A stretch of DNA of 64,000 nt, from NCBI RefSeq assembly GCF_056712565.1, contig NZ_CM160072.1. One strand, written 5' to 3'. Below, in pieces: positions 1 through 8,943 of the stretch (the stretch's first letter is position 1; every line of letters starts with the position of its first letter). The notes beneath the pieces are model-generated. The model saw only the letters and a list, made by a program, of their open reading frames with translations. It was not told the origin of the DNA and did not search any database. The position numbers were made by a program, and so were the translations under genes.

Positions 1-435
1 TTCCTGTTTGCGGGCGAGAAAATTCTGGCATTTCTTAGCCTGCGGGCAGAAACCGTCTCCATTTCTGGCGGCATCATTCTGTTTCTGATCGCCATTAAGA
101 TGATTTTCCCCAGCGCTTCAGGAAATAGCAGCGGGCTTCCGGCAGGTGAAGAGCCATTTATCGTGCCGTTGGCAATTCCGCTGGTCGCCGGGCCGACTAT
201 TCTCGCCACGCTGATGTTGTTGTCTCATCAGTACCCGAATCAGATGGGACATCTGGTGATTGCTCTGCTGCTGGCCTGGGGCGGCACCTTTGTCATCCTG
301 CTACAGTCTTCGCTATTTTTACGTCTGCTGGGCGAGAAAGGGGTGAACGCACTTGAACGCCTGATGGGATTGATTCTGGTGATGATGGCAACTCAGATGT
401 TCCTCGACGGCATTCGAATGTGGATGAAGGGGTAA
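1..435 (+). CDS. yhgN: MarC-family inner membrane protein, C-terminal part; gene begins upstream of the window
   Basis: Frame is open from base 1 to the stop at 433-435; hydrophobic translation matches the YhgN C-terminus as I recall it. The ATG at 100 is internal. Confidence 0.8.
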   Translation, partial: FLFAGEKILAFLSLRAETVSISGGIILFLIAIKMIFPSASGNSSGLPAGEEPFIVPLAIPLVAGPTILATLMLLSHQYPNQMGHLVIALLLAWGGTFVILLQSSLFLRLLGEKGVNALERLMGLILVMMATQMFLDGIRMWMKG

Positions 436-458
436 CAAGGAGAGTTTTTCGAAAAGAG

Positions 459-482
459 CCCGGTAGCGTCAGAACTACCGGG
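459..482 (-). terminator. Hairpin cccggtag/ctaccggg between convergent yhgN and gntU; U-rich tail on the minus-strand transcript
   Basis: 8-bp perfect inverted repeat seen in sequence, followed on the minus strand by a U-rich run (448-458). Confidence 0.5.
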
Positions 483-491
483 TAAACAAAC

Positions 492-1832
492 TTAACTCAA
501 CAGCTGGAACGCAATCATCCCAACGATGGCACCGACAGTGCCGAGGATGGTTTCCATCATGGTCCAGGTTTTAAGCGTTTCGGCTTCGGTCGCGCCGGTA
601 AATTTACCGAACAACCAGAAACCCGCGTCGTTAACGTGGCTGACAACAATCGAACCACCGGCGATACAAATCGACAGCGCCGCCATTTGCGCACCGGAGT
701 AGTTCAGTTGTTCAATGACCGGCATCACCAGTCCCACCGCCGTTAAACAGGCAACGGTGGCAGAACCCTGAATGATGCGCACTGCAGCTGCCAGCACGAA
801 GCAGGTGATGGCAATCGGCAGGCCCATGCCGGTTAACGCTTCGCCCAGTGCCGGACCGACACCAGAGTCAACCAGCACCTGTTTGAACACGCCGCCCGCA
901 CCAATCACCAGCAGAATGATCCCCGCCGGTTGCAGCGCGTGACCGCAAATCTCCATCACTTTGTCTTTTGGCATACCCTGACGCATTGCCAGACCGTAAA
1001 TCGCCACCAGGCAAGCAACCAGAATCGCGGTAAACGGATGGCCGATAAACTCAAACCATTCGTAAGCGGTAGAACCTTCTGGCACAAAACGCGCGGCAAT
1101 GGTTTTCAGCCCCACCAGCACCAGTGGCAACAGGATCAGCGACAGGCTGAATCCGAAGGACGGCATTTTGCCTTCGCCGAGATGCGGTTCGCTGATGTCG
1201 TCAGGAATATGCAACTCCACGTAGCGGCTGATGAAATTACCCCACAGCGGCCCGGCAATAATCATTCCCGGAATTGCCGCGCACAGGCCAATCAGGATCA
1301 TCCAGCCAAAGTCGGCGTTCATCTGCGATGCCAGCAGCATTGGCGCTGGCCCAGGCACCAGGAACGCAGCCGCTGCCGCCACGCCTGCAAATAATGGGAT
1401 TACCAGCTTCACCAGGTTCGTGCCGGTGTGGCGCGCCATTGAGAAAGCAACGCTAATCAGCAGAACAATCGCCACTTCAAAGAACAGCGGTAGCGCACAA
1501 ACCAGCCCCGCAAGGCCGATAGCATAATGCACGCGGCTGTGACCGAAGGATTTGAGCATTTTGACGGCAATCTGATCGACCGCGCCGGTTTCATGTAAGA
1601 TCTTACCAAACATGGCTCCCAGGGCGACAACCACCGCCAGGAAGCCGAGGGTGCCTCCCATCCCTTTTTCCATCGTCGCTGCGATTTTATCGAGCGGCAT
1701 ACCAGAAAAAAGGCCAGCCCCCATGGACACCACCATTAAAGCCAGGAAAGCGTGCATACGCGCCTTCATGACTAAAAACAGCAGCAGTAAAACAGACCCT
1801 ACTGCTGTTAAAACAAGCGTTAATGTAGTCAC
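492..1832 (-). CDS. gntU: Gluconate:H+ symporter (GntP family), low-affinity gluconate transporter
   Basis: 446-aa polytopic membrane ORF; length and sequence match GntU; sits directly downstream of gntK as in the gntRKU locus. Confidence 0.9.
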   Translation of the reverse strand: MTTLTLVLTAVGSVLLLLFLVMKARMHAFLALMVVSMGAGLFSGMPLDKIAATMEKGMGGTLGFLAVVVALGAMFGKILHETGAVDQIAVKMLKSFGHSRVHYAIGLAGLVCALPLFFEVAIVLLISVAFSMARHTGTNLVKLVIPLFAGVAAAAAFLVPGPAPMLLASQMNADFGWMILIGLCAAIPGMIIAGPLWGNFISRYVELHIPDDISEPHLGEGKMPSFGFSLSLILLPLVLVGLKTIAARFVPEGSTAYEWFEFIGHPFTAILVACLVAIYGLAMRQGMPKDKVMEICGHALQPAGIILLVIGAGGVFKQVLVDSGVGPALGEALTGMGLPIAITCFVLAAAVRIIQGSATVACLTAVGLVMPVIEQLNYSGAQMAALSICIAGGSIVVSHVNDAGFWLFGKFTGATEAETLKTWTMMETILGTVGAIVGMIAFQLLS

Positions 1833-1835
1833 TAC

Positions 1836-2363
1836 TTATTTGCCTTTTTTAATAACCTCAATGGTGCTTGCCACAACACCTTCCAGCGGTTGATCAATAT
1901 CCACCACCAGTACATCGGTTTCGTCCGCACCCGGCTCCTGCAGCGTTTCAAACTGCGTCACCAGCATTTGGGTTTTAAAGAAATGGCCTTTGCGCGCTTT
2001 CAGGCGGCTTTCAATCACATCAAAATCGCCTTTCAGGTAGATGAAAGAGAGATTAGGATTACCTTCACGCAGCAAGTCGCGATAGTGTTTTTTCAGTGCA
2101 GAACAGACGATCAGCGATACTTTATTGGTGCGCTGCATAGCAAACGCGGCGTCGTTCAGCGCCTGCAACCACGGTTTGCGATCGTCGTCATTCAGCGGTT
2201 CGCCAGACGCCATTTTTTCGATATTGCAGCGCGGATGGAGGAAATCGCCATCAAGAAACGCGGCATGAAGTTGATGCGCCACTTCACTGGCGACCGCAGA
2301 TTTGCCGCTGCCCGATACGCCCATCAAGACGTAAATGTGGTGATCATGGTTAGTCGTGCTCAA
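1836..2363 (-). CDS. gntK: Gluconokinase (thermoresistant)
   Basis: P-loop GVSGSGKS; translation matches GntK. The ORF track extends to ~2384 from an upstream TTG; the likely native start gives 175 aa beginning STTNHDHH. Confidence 0.9.
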   Translation of the reverse strand: MSTTNHDHHIYVLMGVSGSGKSAVASEVAHQLHAAFLDGDFLHPRCNIEKMASGEPLNDDDRKPWLQALNDAAFAMQRTNKVSLIVCSALKKHYRDLLREGNPNLSFIYLKGDFDVIESRLKARKGHFFKTQMLVTQFETLQEPGADETDVLVVDIDQPLEGVVASTIEVIKKGK

Positions 2364-2394
2364 AGTGGTGCCCCCACAATACAAGAATTAAAAA

Positions 2395-2423
2395 TGTTAC
2401 GGGTAACTGTTATCGGTAACATT
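2395..2423 (-). promoter_or_regulatory. Putative GntR operator pair in the gntK promoter (atgttacgggtaac / gttatcggtaacat)
   Basis: Two overlapping imperfect palindromes resembling the GntR operator consensus ATGTTACCGGTAACAT, directly upstream of gntK. Confidence 0.5.
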
Positions 2424-2501
2424 GTCCAGCCGGACAATATCAGAAGCAATATCCATCCGTGCCTTAAGTGTATAAGTGTGAGCTACTTCAAATTTGTAGG
2501 C

Positions 2502-3497
2502 TTAAATAGATCCGCCCGGTGACAAGGTGAAACCTAAATCTAACATTTTCGGTATCACAGATTCGCCACGAATACGCGCCAGCAGGCGCTCAGCGCCAAT
2601 GCTGCCCATCCGCTCACGCGGCGTCAGCACACTCGCTAGCCGTGGCTCCATCACCTGACCAATGTCATGACCGTGGAAACCGGCAATCGCCATATCGTCA
2701 GGAACTTTCAACCCCAAACGCTGACATTCAAACGCCGCGCCGACCGCCAGGTCATCATTAGTACAGAACACGCCATCCAGCTGCGGATATTCCCGCCGCG
2801 CCTGGCGAATCAGTTCAATACCGGAAGAGTAAGAAGAAGATTGCTCAACCATCACGCTATACGGCACCAGGCCTGCATCCAGCATCGCCTGTTCGTATCC
2901 CTTCTGTTTGATGATAGTACGTTCGTCGAGGCGTGCGCCGAGATAGGCAATGTGACGATGCCCGCGAGCAATAATGGCGGTGGTCATCTGGCGTGCCGCT
3001 TCAAAGTTATCAAAACCGACGGCGATATCGAGGCACGGCGACTTACTGTCCATCAACTCCACCACCGGAATCCCCGCCACTTCAATCATCTTTAAGGTAC
3101 GCGGCGTGTGGGTACGTTCGGTGAGGATCAGGCCGTCGATATTCCATGAGAGCATTGATTCGAGGCGTTCTTGCTCCATTTCCGGTTTATAACCGTAGTG
3201 CGCCAGCATGGTTTGATAACCGTGCGCGTCGGTGACGCTTTCGATTCCGCGTAATACTTCCGCGAAAACCTGGTTGGTGAGAGAAGGTAACAGGACGCCA
3301 ATCGCCCGGCTGGTAGCGTTAGAGAGTATATCGGGCGCGCGATTGGGAATATAACCCAGTTCATCAAGAGCGGCGGCAATCTTGCCGCGTAGAGCGACGG
3401 AAACCTGCTCCGGGTTGCGTAAAAAACGGCTGACCGTCATTTTGGTCACGCCTACACGGTCAGCCACATCCTGAAGTACGGGTCTTTTCTTTTTCAT
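2502..3497 (-). CDS. gntR: LacI-family gluconate repressor
   Basis: 331 aa; N-terminal HTH (VTKMTVSRFLRN) plus periplasmic-binding-protein-like domain; matches GntR. Confidence 0.9.
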   Translation of the reverse strand: MKKKRPVLQDVADRVGVTKMTVSRFLRNPEQVSVALRGKIAAALDELGYIPNRAPDILSNATSRAIGVLLPSLTNQVFAEVLRGIESVTDAHGYQTMLAHYGYKPEMEQERLESMLSWNIDGLILTERTHTPRTLKMIEVAGIPVVELMDSKSPCLDIAVGFDNFEAARQMTTAIIARGHRHIAYLGARLDERTIIKQKGYEQAMLDAGLVPYSVMVEQSSSYSSGIELIRQARREYPQLDGVFCTNDDLAVGAAFECQRLGLKVPDDMAIAGFHGHDIGQVMEPRLASVLTPRERMGSIGAERLLARIRGESVIPKMLDLGFTLSPGGSI

Positions 3498-3589
3498 CGT
3501 CCTGAAGGTACAAAAGAGATAGATTCTCTTAGTTTAACACGGACGCATCAGAACCTTCCCGATTCCTCAGGAAGGTTTGTGAGATAAAT

Positions 3590-4285
3590 TTAGACTGGCG
3601 GTAAATCGAACAGCAGGATTTCACTGTCGCTATCAGCATGGATGGAAATCGCCTGCTCATCCCAGATTGCCAGGCCATCGCTGGTCGAGGCTTTCACGCC
3701 GTTAATGGTGACATTGCCTTTCACCACCTGGATCCAGACGCGGCGTTCAGCGGCAATCTGATGCACCGACTGCTCATCTTTCACCAGCGCCCAACGATAC
3801 AGTTCCATATCCTGATGCACTTTCAATGAACCATCACGCGCATCCGGCGAAAGCACCAGTTGTTTGCCCTGCACGGCATCGAAGCGACGCTGTTCATAAC
3901 GCGGCGTAATGCCGTTTTCTTCAGGCATGATCCAGATCTGATACAGATGCAGACGCTCGGTGCTGCTTGGGTTGTACTCTGAGTGACGAATACCCGTACC
4001 CGCACTCATAATCTGGAACTCGCCCGCCGGAACCTGCTCTTTATTGCCCATGCTGTCCTGATGCTCAACAGTACCTTCCAGCACGTAGGTCAAAATTTCC
4101 ATATCTTTATGCGGGTGAGTGCCGAAGCCCTGCCCTGCTTCAATCACGTCGTCGTTAATCACGCGCAGCGCAGAGAAGCCCATAAAATTCGGATCGTAAT
4201 AGTTGGCAAAAGAGAAAGTATGCCAGGAGTCCAGCCAGCCATGATTTGCATGACCGCGTTCATTTGCTTTGCGTAAGTAGATCAT
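3590..4285 (-). CDS. yhhW: Pirin-like cupin, quercetin 2,3-dioxygenase
   Basis: 231 aa; cupin His motifs (HPHKDMEI); matches YhhW. Confidence 0.9.
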   Translation of the reverse strand: MIYLRKANERGHANHGWLDSWHTFSFANYYDPNFMGFSALRVINDDVIEAGQGFGTHPHKDMEILTYVLEGTVEHQDSMGNKEQVPAGEFQIMSAGTGIRHSEYNPSSTERLHLYQIWIMPEENGITPRYEQRRFDAVQGKQLVLSPDARDGSLKVHQDMELYRWALVKDEQSVHQIAAERRVWIQVVKGNVTINGVKASTSDGLAIWDEQAISIHADSDSEILLFDLPPV

Positions 4286-4407
4286 TTGTATTCGCCCCCT
4301 GAATGATTTCGATGGGCTTAGTGTGGACCCGATCCGCCTGGGATGATAGAGGGTGAAAATTGACCCCTCTGTTCAAAAAAATTGAACTATTCGAGGGGCC
4401 ATCAAAC

Positions 4408-5445
4408 TTACCTCGCGAGAGTCACTGCGGAGGGAGAAGATTGCTCAAAACCGCGTTCAAGGATTTCCAGATTCGTAAGAACTTCAGATTCCTTGACGTA
4501 ATTTGGCGCACCGTTGGTGATGGTTTGATACAACGCATCATAAACGCGCCCATAATCGCCCATCTCTGGCTTCATCTCTTCTCTTACCGTCACGCCCTCG
4601 TCATTGACATACTCCAGCACACCGACCGAATCATCCGCTGCGAATCCTGGTTCGCCCGGCATAATATTAGCCTTCAGGCTGGTTTCCTGCTGGTCGATAC
4701 CGTATTTAATAAACGAACCTTTCTTACCGTGAACGATAAATTTCGGATAATCGATTTTCACCAGATGGCTGGTTTTGACGATGGCTTTTAGATCGCCATA
4801 AAACAGCTGCGCTTCAAAGGTGTCGTCCGGATTGGCTTTATTACGCAGGCTGCGGATGTCATAAGCGACGTGATCCGGGCGACCGAACAGAGAAATAATC
4901 TGGTCCATCGTATGCACACCAAGGCCATAGAACGCGCCATCCTGCGGCAGCCCCGGTTTGGTTTCTGCCACCGGGCGGTAATAGTCAAAATGGCTTTCCA
5001 CTTCGACAATCTCTCCCAGCTTGCCGCTTTCAATCGCTTTTTTCGCTGTCAGGAAGCAGGAATCAAAGCGACGATTCTGATACGGCGTAACGATCAGCCC
5101 TTTGCTTTTCGCCAGTGCAAACAGCTCTTTCGCCTGCGCAATTGTCGGAGTGAACGGTTTTTCGACCAGCACATTTTTCCCGGCTTCCAGCGCGCGCTTC
5201 GCGTACTCGAAGTGGCTGTCCGCGTGGGTGCAGACGACAACCAGCTTAACATCGGGATCGTTTAGCACTTCGTCGAGATCGCTGGTGAAATGGATATGGG
5301 AATAAATGGGGGCCTGTTCTTCCGGCTTCGCATGGCGGCGAAAAATATGCGCGACATGCCAGCTATCCTTGCGGTTAAGTACATACGGCAGATGGTAACG
5401 GGTGGTGCTTTTGCCGAAGCCAATAAAGGCGCAGTTAATGACCAT
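4408..5445 (-). CDS. yhhX: Gfo/Idh/MocA-family NAD(P)-dependent oxidoreductase
   Basis: 345 aa; N-terminal Rossmann GFGKS motif; matches YhhX. Confidence 0.9.
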   Translation of the reverse strand: MVINCAFIGFGKSTTRYHLPYVLNRKDSWHVAHIFRRHAKPEEQAPIYSHIHFTSDLDEVLNDPDVKLVVVCTHADSHFEYAKRALEAGKNVLVEKPFTPTIAQAKELFALAKSKGLIVTPYQNRRFDSCFLTAKKAIESGKLGEIVEVESHFDYYRPVAETKPGLPQDGAFYGLGVHTMDQIISLFGRPDHVAYDIRSLRNKANPDDTFEAQLFYGDLKAIVKTSHLVKIDYPKFIVHGKKGSFIKYGIDQQETSLKANIMPGEPGFAADDSVGVLEYVNDEGVTVREEMKPEMGDYGRVYDALYQTITNGAPNYVKESEVLTNLEILERGFEQSSPSAVTLAR

Positions 5446-5566
5446 GATTTCGTCCTTTTTAAGGTGGTTATTTACACCTTAGCGCAAAGCGGACGTGGTT
5501 CCTACTGGAGTGCGCATAACGAACACAAGCACTTCCCGAGGATAAATTGAGAACGAAAGGTCAAAA

Positions 5567-5657
5567 AAAAAGCCAGCACCCGGCTGGCTAAGTAATACTG
5601 GAAGCAATGTGAGCAATGTCGTGCTTTCAGGTTCTCCGCGAGGGTCTTCCTGATCGC
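5567..5657 (-). ncRNA. ryhB: RyhB small RNA (iron-sparing, Fur-repressed, Hfq-dependent)
   Basis: Minus-strand sequence gcgatcaggaagaccctcgcggagaacctgaaagcacgacattgctcacattgcttccagtattacttagccagccgggtgctggctttt matches RyhB, including its terminator hairpin and U-tail; lies in the yhhX-yhhY intergenic region as in K-12. Confidence 0.92.
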
Positions 5658-5659
5658 GA

Positions 5660-5680
5660 GACAATAATAATCATTCTCAT
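5660..5680 (-). promoter_or_regulatory. Fur box overlapping the ryhB promoter
   Basis: Sequence aataataatcattctc matches the Fur consensus (GATAATGATAATCATTATC) at about 13 of 15 positions, immediately upstream of the ryhB 5' end. Confidence 0.6.
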
Positions 5681-5778
5681 TCGCACTTGTCCAACACTTT
5701 TTGCAAAAAAATGCATTTGACTCGCATTTGAAAGTCAATGATGTTGAAAGGGACATTTACCCCAAAGAGGACAAAGGA

Positions 5779-6267
5779 ATGAGTGAGATAGTAATACGCC
5801 ACGCAGAAACACGCGATCACGAAGCCATCAGGCAGATTCACGCCCAGCCGGAGGTGTATTACAACACGCTACAGGTGCCTCATCCTTCAGAACAAATGTG
5901 GCTGGAACGACTCACCGCTCGCCCTGGCATCAAGCAGTTAGTCGCCTGTATTGATGGAATCGTCGTAGGCCATCTCACCATTGACGTGCAACAACGCCCA
6001 CGCCGCAGTCATGTTGCCGATTTTGGTATCTGTGTCGACTCTCGCTGGAAGAACCGCGGCGTCGCCAGCGCCCTGATGCGCGAAATGATTGATATGTGCG
6101 ACAACTGGTTGCGGGTAGATCGCATCGAGCTAACGGTGTTCGTCGCTAACGCGCCAGCAATTAAGGTCTATAAAAAATTCGGCTTTGAGATTGAAGGGAC
6201 TGGCAAAAAGTACGCATTACGTAATGGTGAATATGTCGATGCGTATTATATGGCGCGGGTGAAGTAA
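5779..6267 (+). CDS. yhhY: GNAT-family N-acetyltransferase
   Basis: Internal ATG gives 162 aa beginning MSEIVIRHAETRDHE; GNAT motifs (RGVASALM); matches YhhY. The ORF track start at 5701 is an upstream extension. Confidence 0.85.
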   Translation: MSEIVIRHAETRDHEAIRQIHAQPEVYYNTLQVPHPSEQMWLERLTARPGIKQLVACIDGIVVGHLTIDVQQRPRRSHVADFGICVDSRWKNRGVASALMREMIDMCDNWLRVDRIELTVFVANAPAIKVYKKFGFEIEGTGKKYALRNGEYVDAYYMARVK

Positions 6268-6274
6268 GATAGTG

Positions 6275-6299
6275 CCCTTTTTCTGAGATGGAAAAAGGG
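6275..6299 (+). terminator. Hairpin ccctttttc/gaaaaaggg downstream of yhhY
   Basis: 9-bp perfect inverted repeat 8 nt after the yhhY stop; the following U-tract is weak. Confidence 0.4.
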
Positions 6300-6502
6300 T
6301 GTCATTCAAAATCGGCATACCTTCCTTTAATGTATTTATTTTCCCAATAAATATATGAGATTTACCTCATAATTACTTCCTAAAGTGTAATATTTTATTT
6401 TTTAATATATACGCCTACAATTTCCTGGAGTAAATAAATAACAATTAACAAGCATAATATTGCCATTGATAAAATAGCATGCCATAAAAGGACTTTTCAG
6501 GG

Positions 6503-7681
6503 ATGAGTAATATTGTTTATCTGACAGTAACGGGAGAACAACAAGGAAGCATCTCCGCAGGTTGTGGGACTACTGAATCTATAGGTAATCGCTGGCAGAG
6601 CGGTCATGAGGATGAAATATTTACATTCTCACTCTTAAATAGTATTACTAATACGGGGCTTGGTTCACAGTTCCATGGTATAACATTTTGTAAATTAATT
6701 GATAAAAGCACTCCATTATTTATTAATTCCATTAACAATAATGAACAATTATTTATGGAATTTGACTTCTATCGAATAAATAGATTTGGTAGATGGGAAA
6801 AGTATTATTATATACAACTAAGAGGCGCTTTTTTATCGGCTATTCATCACCAGATCTTTGAAAACCAACTGGATACAGAAACAATAACTGTTAGTTATGA
6901 ATTTATCCTCTGCCAACATCTTATCACTAACACCGAGTTCAGCTATTTGGCACTCCCTGAAAATTATAACCGCTTGTTTTTACCAAATTCAAAAAACAAA
7001 ACAAATAATGGTTTAAAAACGTTAAACAGCGAAGCTGTTGGCAGGCTACTTGCTGCTGGTGGCGTATACAATGGGAACATTGAAGGATTCAGAGATACTG
7101 CGGAAAAACTGGGTGGAGATGCAATCAAAGGCTATGATCAAATACTAAATGAAAAAACAGCGGGCATAGCGATAGCAACAGCATCTATTCTTTTAACAAA
7201 GCGTTCTAATGTTGATACATATACAGAAATAAATAGTTACTTAGGCAAACTTAGAGGCCAACAAAAACTTCTTGATAGTATAGACATAATAGAAATAATA
7301 TAAATTAAGAGACCTTCAAAAGACTTAGCTAACTTACGAAAGGAGTTTAATAAAAATGTAAGAAAAAATTTTCTTATCAAACTTGCAAAAACCTCCGAAG
7401 CATCTGGAAGATTCAACGCCGAAGACCTTTTAAGAATGAGAAAGGGCAATGTTCCTCTAAATTATAATGTACACCATAAACTATCTCTAGATGATGGTGG
7501 TACTAATGATTTGGAAAATTTAGTATTAATCGAAAACGAACCATATCATAAGGTTTTTACTAACATGCAATCACGAATAGCTAAGGGAATATTAGTGGGT
7601 GAAAGCAAAATCACTCCCTGGGCCATTCCATCTGGCTCAATTTATCCTCCCATGAAAAATATTATGGAACCCACAAAATGA
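6503..7681 (+). pseudogene. yhhZ: yhhZ-like Hcp-domain polymorphic toxin with C-terminal HNH nuclease domain, interrupted by an in-frame TAA at 7301-7303
   Basis: ORFs 6503-7303 and 7436-7681 share one reading frame; codons after the TAA continue open (IKRPSKDLANLRKEF...) into an HNH motif (HHKLSLDDGGTNDLENLVLIENEPYHKVF). 266+1+125 codons equals the 392-aa K-12 YhhZ length as I recall it. Confidence 0.65.
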
Positions 7682-8172
7682 TGACTAAAACCCAAATAAA
7701 TAAATTAAAAAAAATGATGAATGATTTAGACTATCCATTTGAAGCACCGCTCAAGGAATCATTTATTGAAAGTATAATCCAAATAAAATTTAATTCTAAC
7801 TCAACTAATTGCCTGGAGAAGTTATGTAATGAAGTTAGTATTCTCTTTAATAATCAACCTGATTATCTTACTTTTTTAAGAGCAATGGATGGATTCGAAG
7901 TTAATGGATTACGATTATTTAGCCTCTCGATTCCAGAACCTTCAGTTAAAAACCTTTTTGCCGTAAATGAATTTTATAGAGATAATGATGATTTCATAAA
8001 TCCTGACTTACAAGAACGGTTAGTGATCGGGAATGATAGCATTTCAATATTTACTTATGACATTAAAAGTAACTTTTTTGAAATTAGAGATAATATTGGC
8101 ACAGAAAATATATTCAGTTCGTTTAGTGATTTCTCTTCATTCTTAAACGAAATCATGGACAGTTGTTCATAA
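7678..8172 (+). CDS. yrhA: Putative immunity protein for the YhhZ nuclease; intact here
   Basis: 164-aa ORF overlapping the yhhZ stop by 4 bp (ATGA), typical toxin-immunity coupling; AT-rich. In K-12 I recall yrhA being split by IS1; no IS1 sequence is present here. Confidence 0.65.
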   Translation: MMTKTQINKLKKMMNDLDYPFEAPLKESFIESIIQIKFNSNSTNCLEKLCNEVSILFNNQPDYLTFLRAMDGFEVNGLRLFSLSIPEPSVKNLFAVNEFYRDNDDFINPDLQERLVIGNDSISIFTYDIKSNFFEIRDNIGTENIFSSFSDFSSFLNEIMDSCS

Positions 8173-8621
8173 TAATAAAAAGGTAACCAAAATCATTGTA
8201 AACCATGCCATCTTTTTAGAGTTTACCAGCAGTAAATTTCTTGATCGAAATTTATCAATACAAGCTATAGAAAAACTTACAACGGAACTACACTCCTTAA
8301 GTGAGATGGACCGAAGACATGTAGTCGCTATTTAAACTGAAATAGCTAATGGCGATGATGATCTTAGTGACATGTTGATTTGGTTAGAATTTTACCCGAA
8401 TCATAAGATTCTGATATCTTAAATGAGCAAATCCGGTTCGACGTTCTGGAAAATAAATCACAAAATATTAGCAGATACTTATTTTGTGACTATACCTTAT
8501 CCGATGAACTCTTTTCAAAACCAGCATTTAATAATATCTTTGACGAAGATGAACGCGTCTTTGCTCAATGTATAACGCAGGAATAATAATATAACGCTAA
8601 ACAATAATATTTATTATAATT

Positions 8622-8906
8622 ATGATTACTTATCACGACGCATTCGCGAAAGCGAACAATTACCTTGATGATGCAAATCTCCCGGTCGTCATTACTCTAC
8701 ATGGACGCTTTAGCCAGGGCTGGTATTTCTGTTTCGAAGCACGAGAATTTCTCGAAACTGGAGATGAGGCCGCGCGCTTAGCTGGTAACGCACCTTTTAT
8801 TGTTGATAAAGGCAGTGGTGAAATTCATTCTCTGGGAACGGCAAAGCCACTGGAAGAATATCTACAGGATTATGAAATAAAAAAGGCTACCTTCGGCTTG
8901 CCCTGA
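8622..8906 (+). CDS. yrhB: Small heat-stable chaperone-like protein
   Basis: 94-aa ORF; translation matches YrhB. Confidence 0.8.
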   Translation: MITYHDAFAKANNYLDDANLPVVITLHGRFSQGWYFCFEAREFLETGDEAARLAGNAPFIVDKGSGEIHSLGTAKPLEEYLQDYEIKKATFGLP

Positions 8907-8943
8907 CAATACGGCCCTCTTCCCACTAAGAGGGCCGCTAACC

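Noticed and set aside
930-1527. Plus-strand ORFs of 60-154 codons inside gntU (930-1394, 1231-1527, 1274-1456)
   Set aside because: They lie antisense within a well-supported membrane transporter gene and have Arg/Gln-rich compositions typical of shadow ORFs on the opposite strand of GC-rich coding sequence. The same reasoning applies to the many other antisense ORFs in the track inside ugp, liv, fts, zntA, nik and rbbA.
7436-7681. 81-codon ORF called as a stand-alone gene
   Set aside because: It is the in-frame continuation of yhhZ after the TAA at 7301-7303, and the frame is open from 7304. It is treated as the separated HNH domain of a pseudogene rather than an independent gene.
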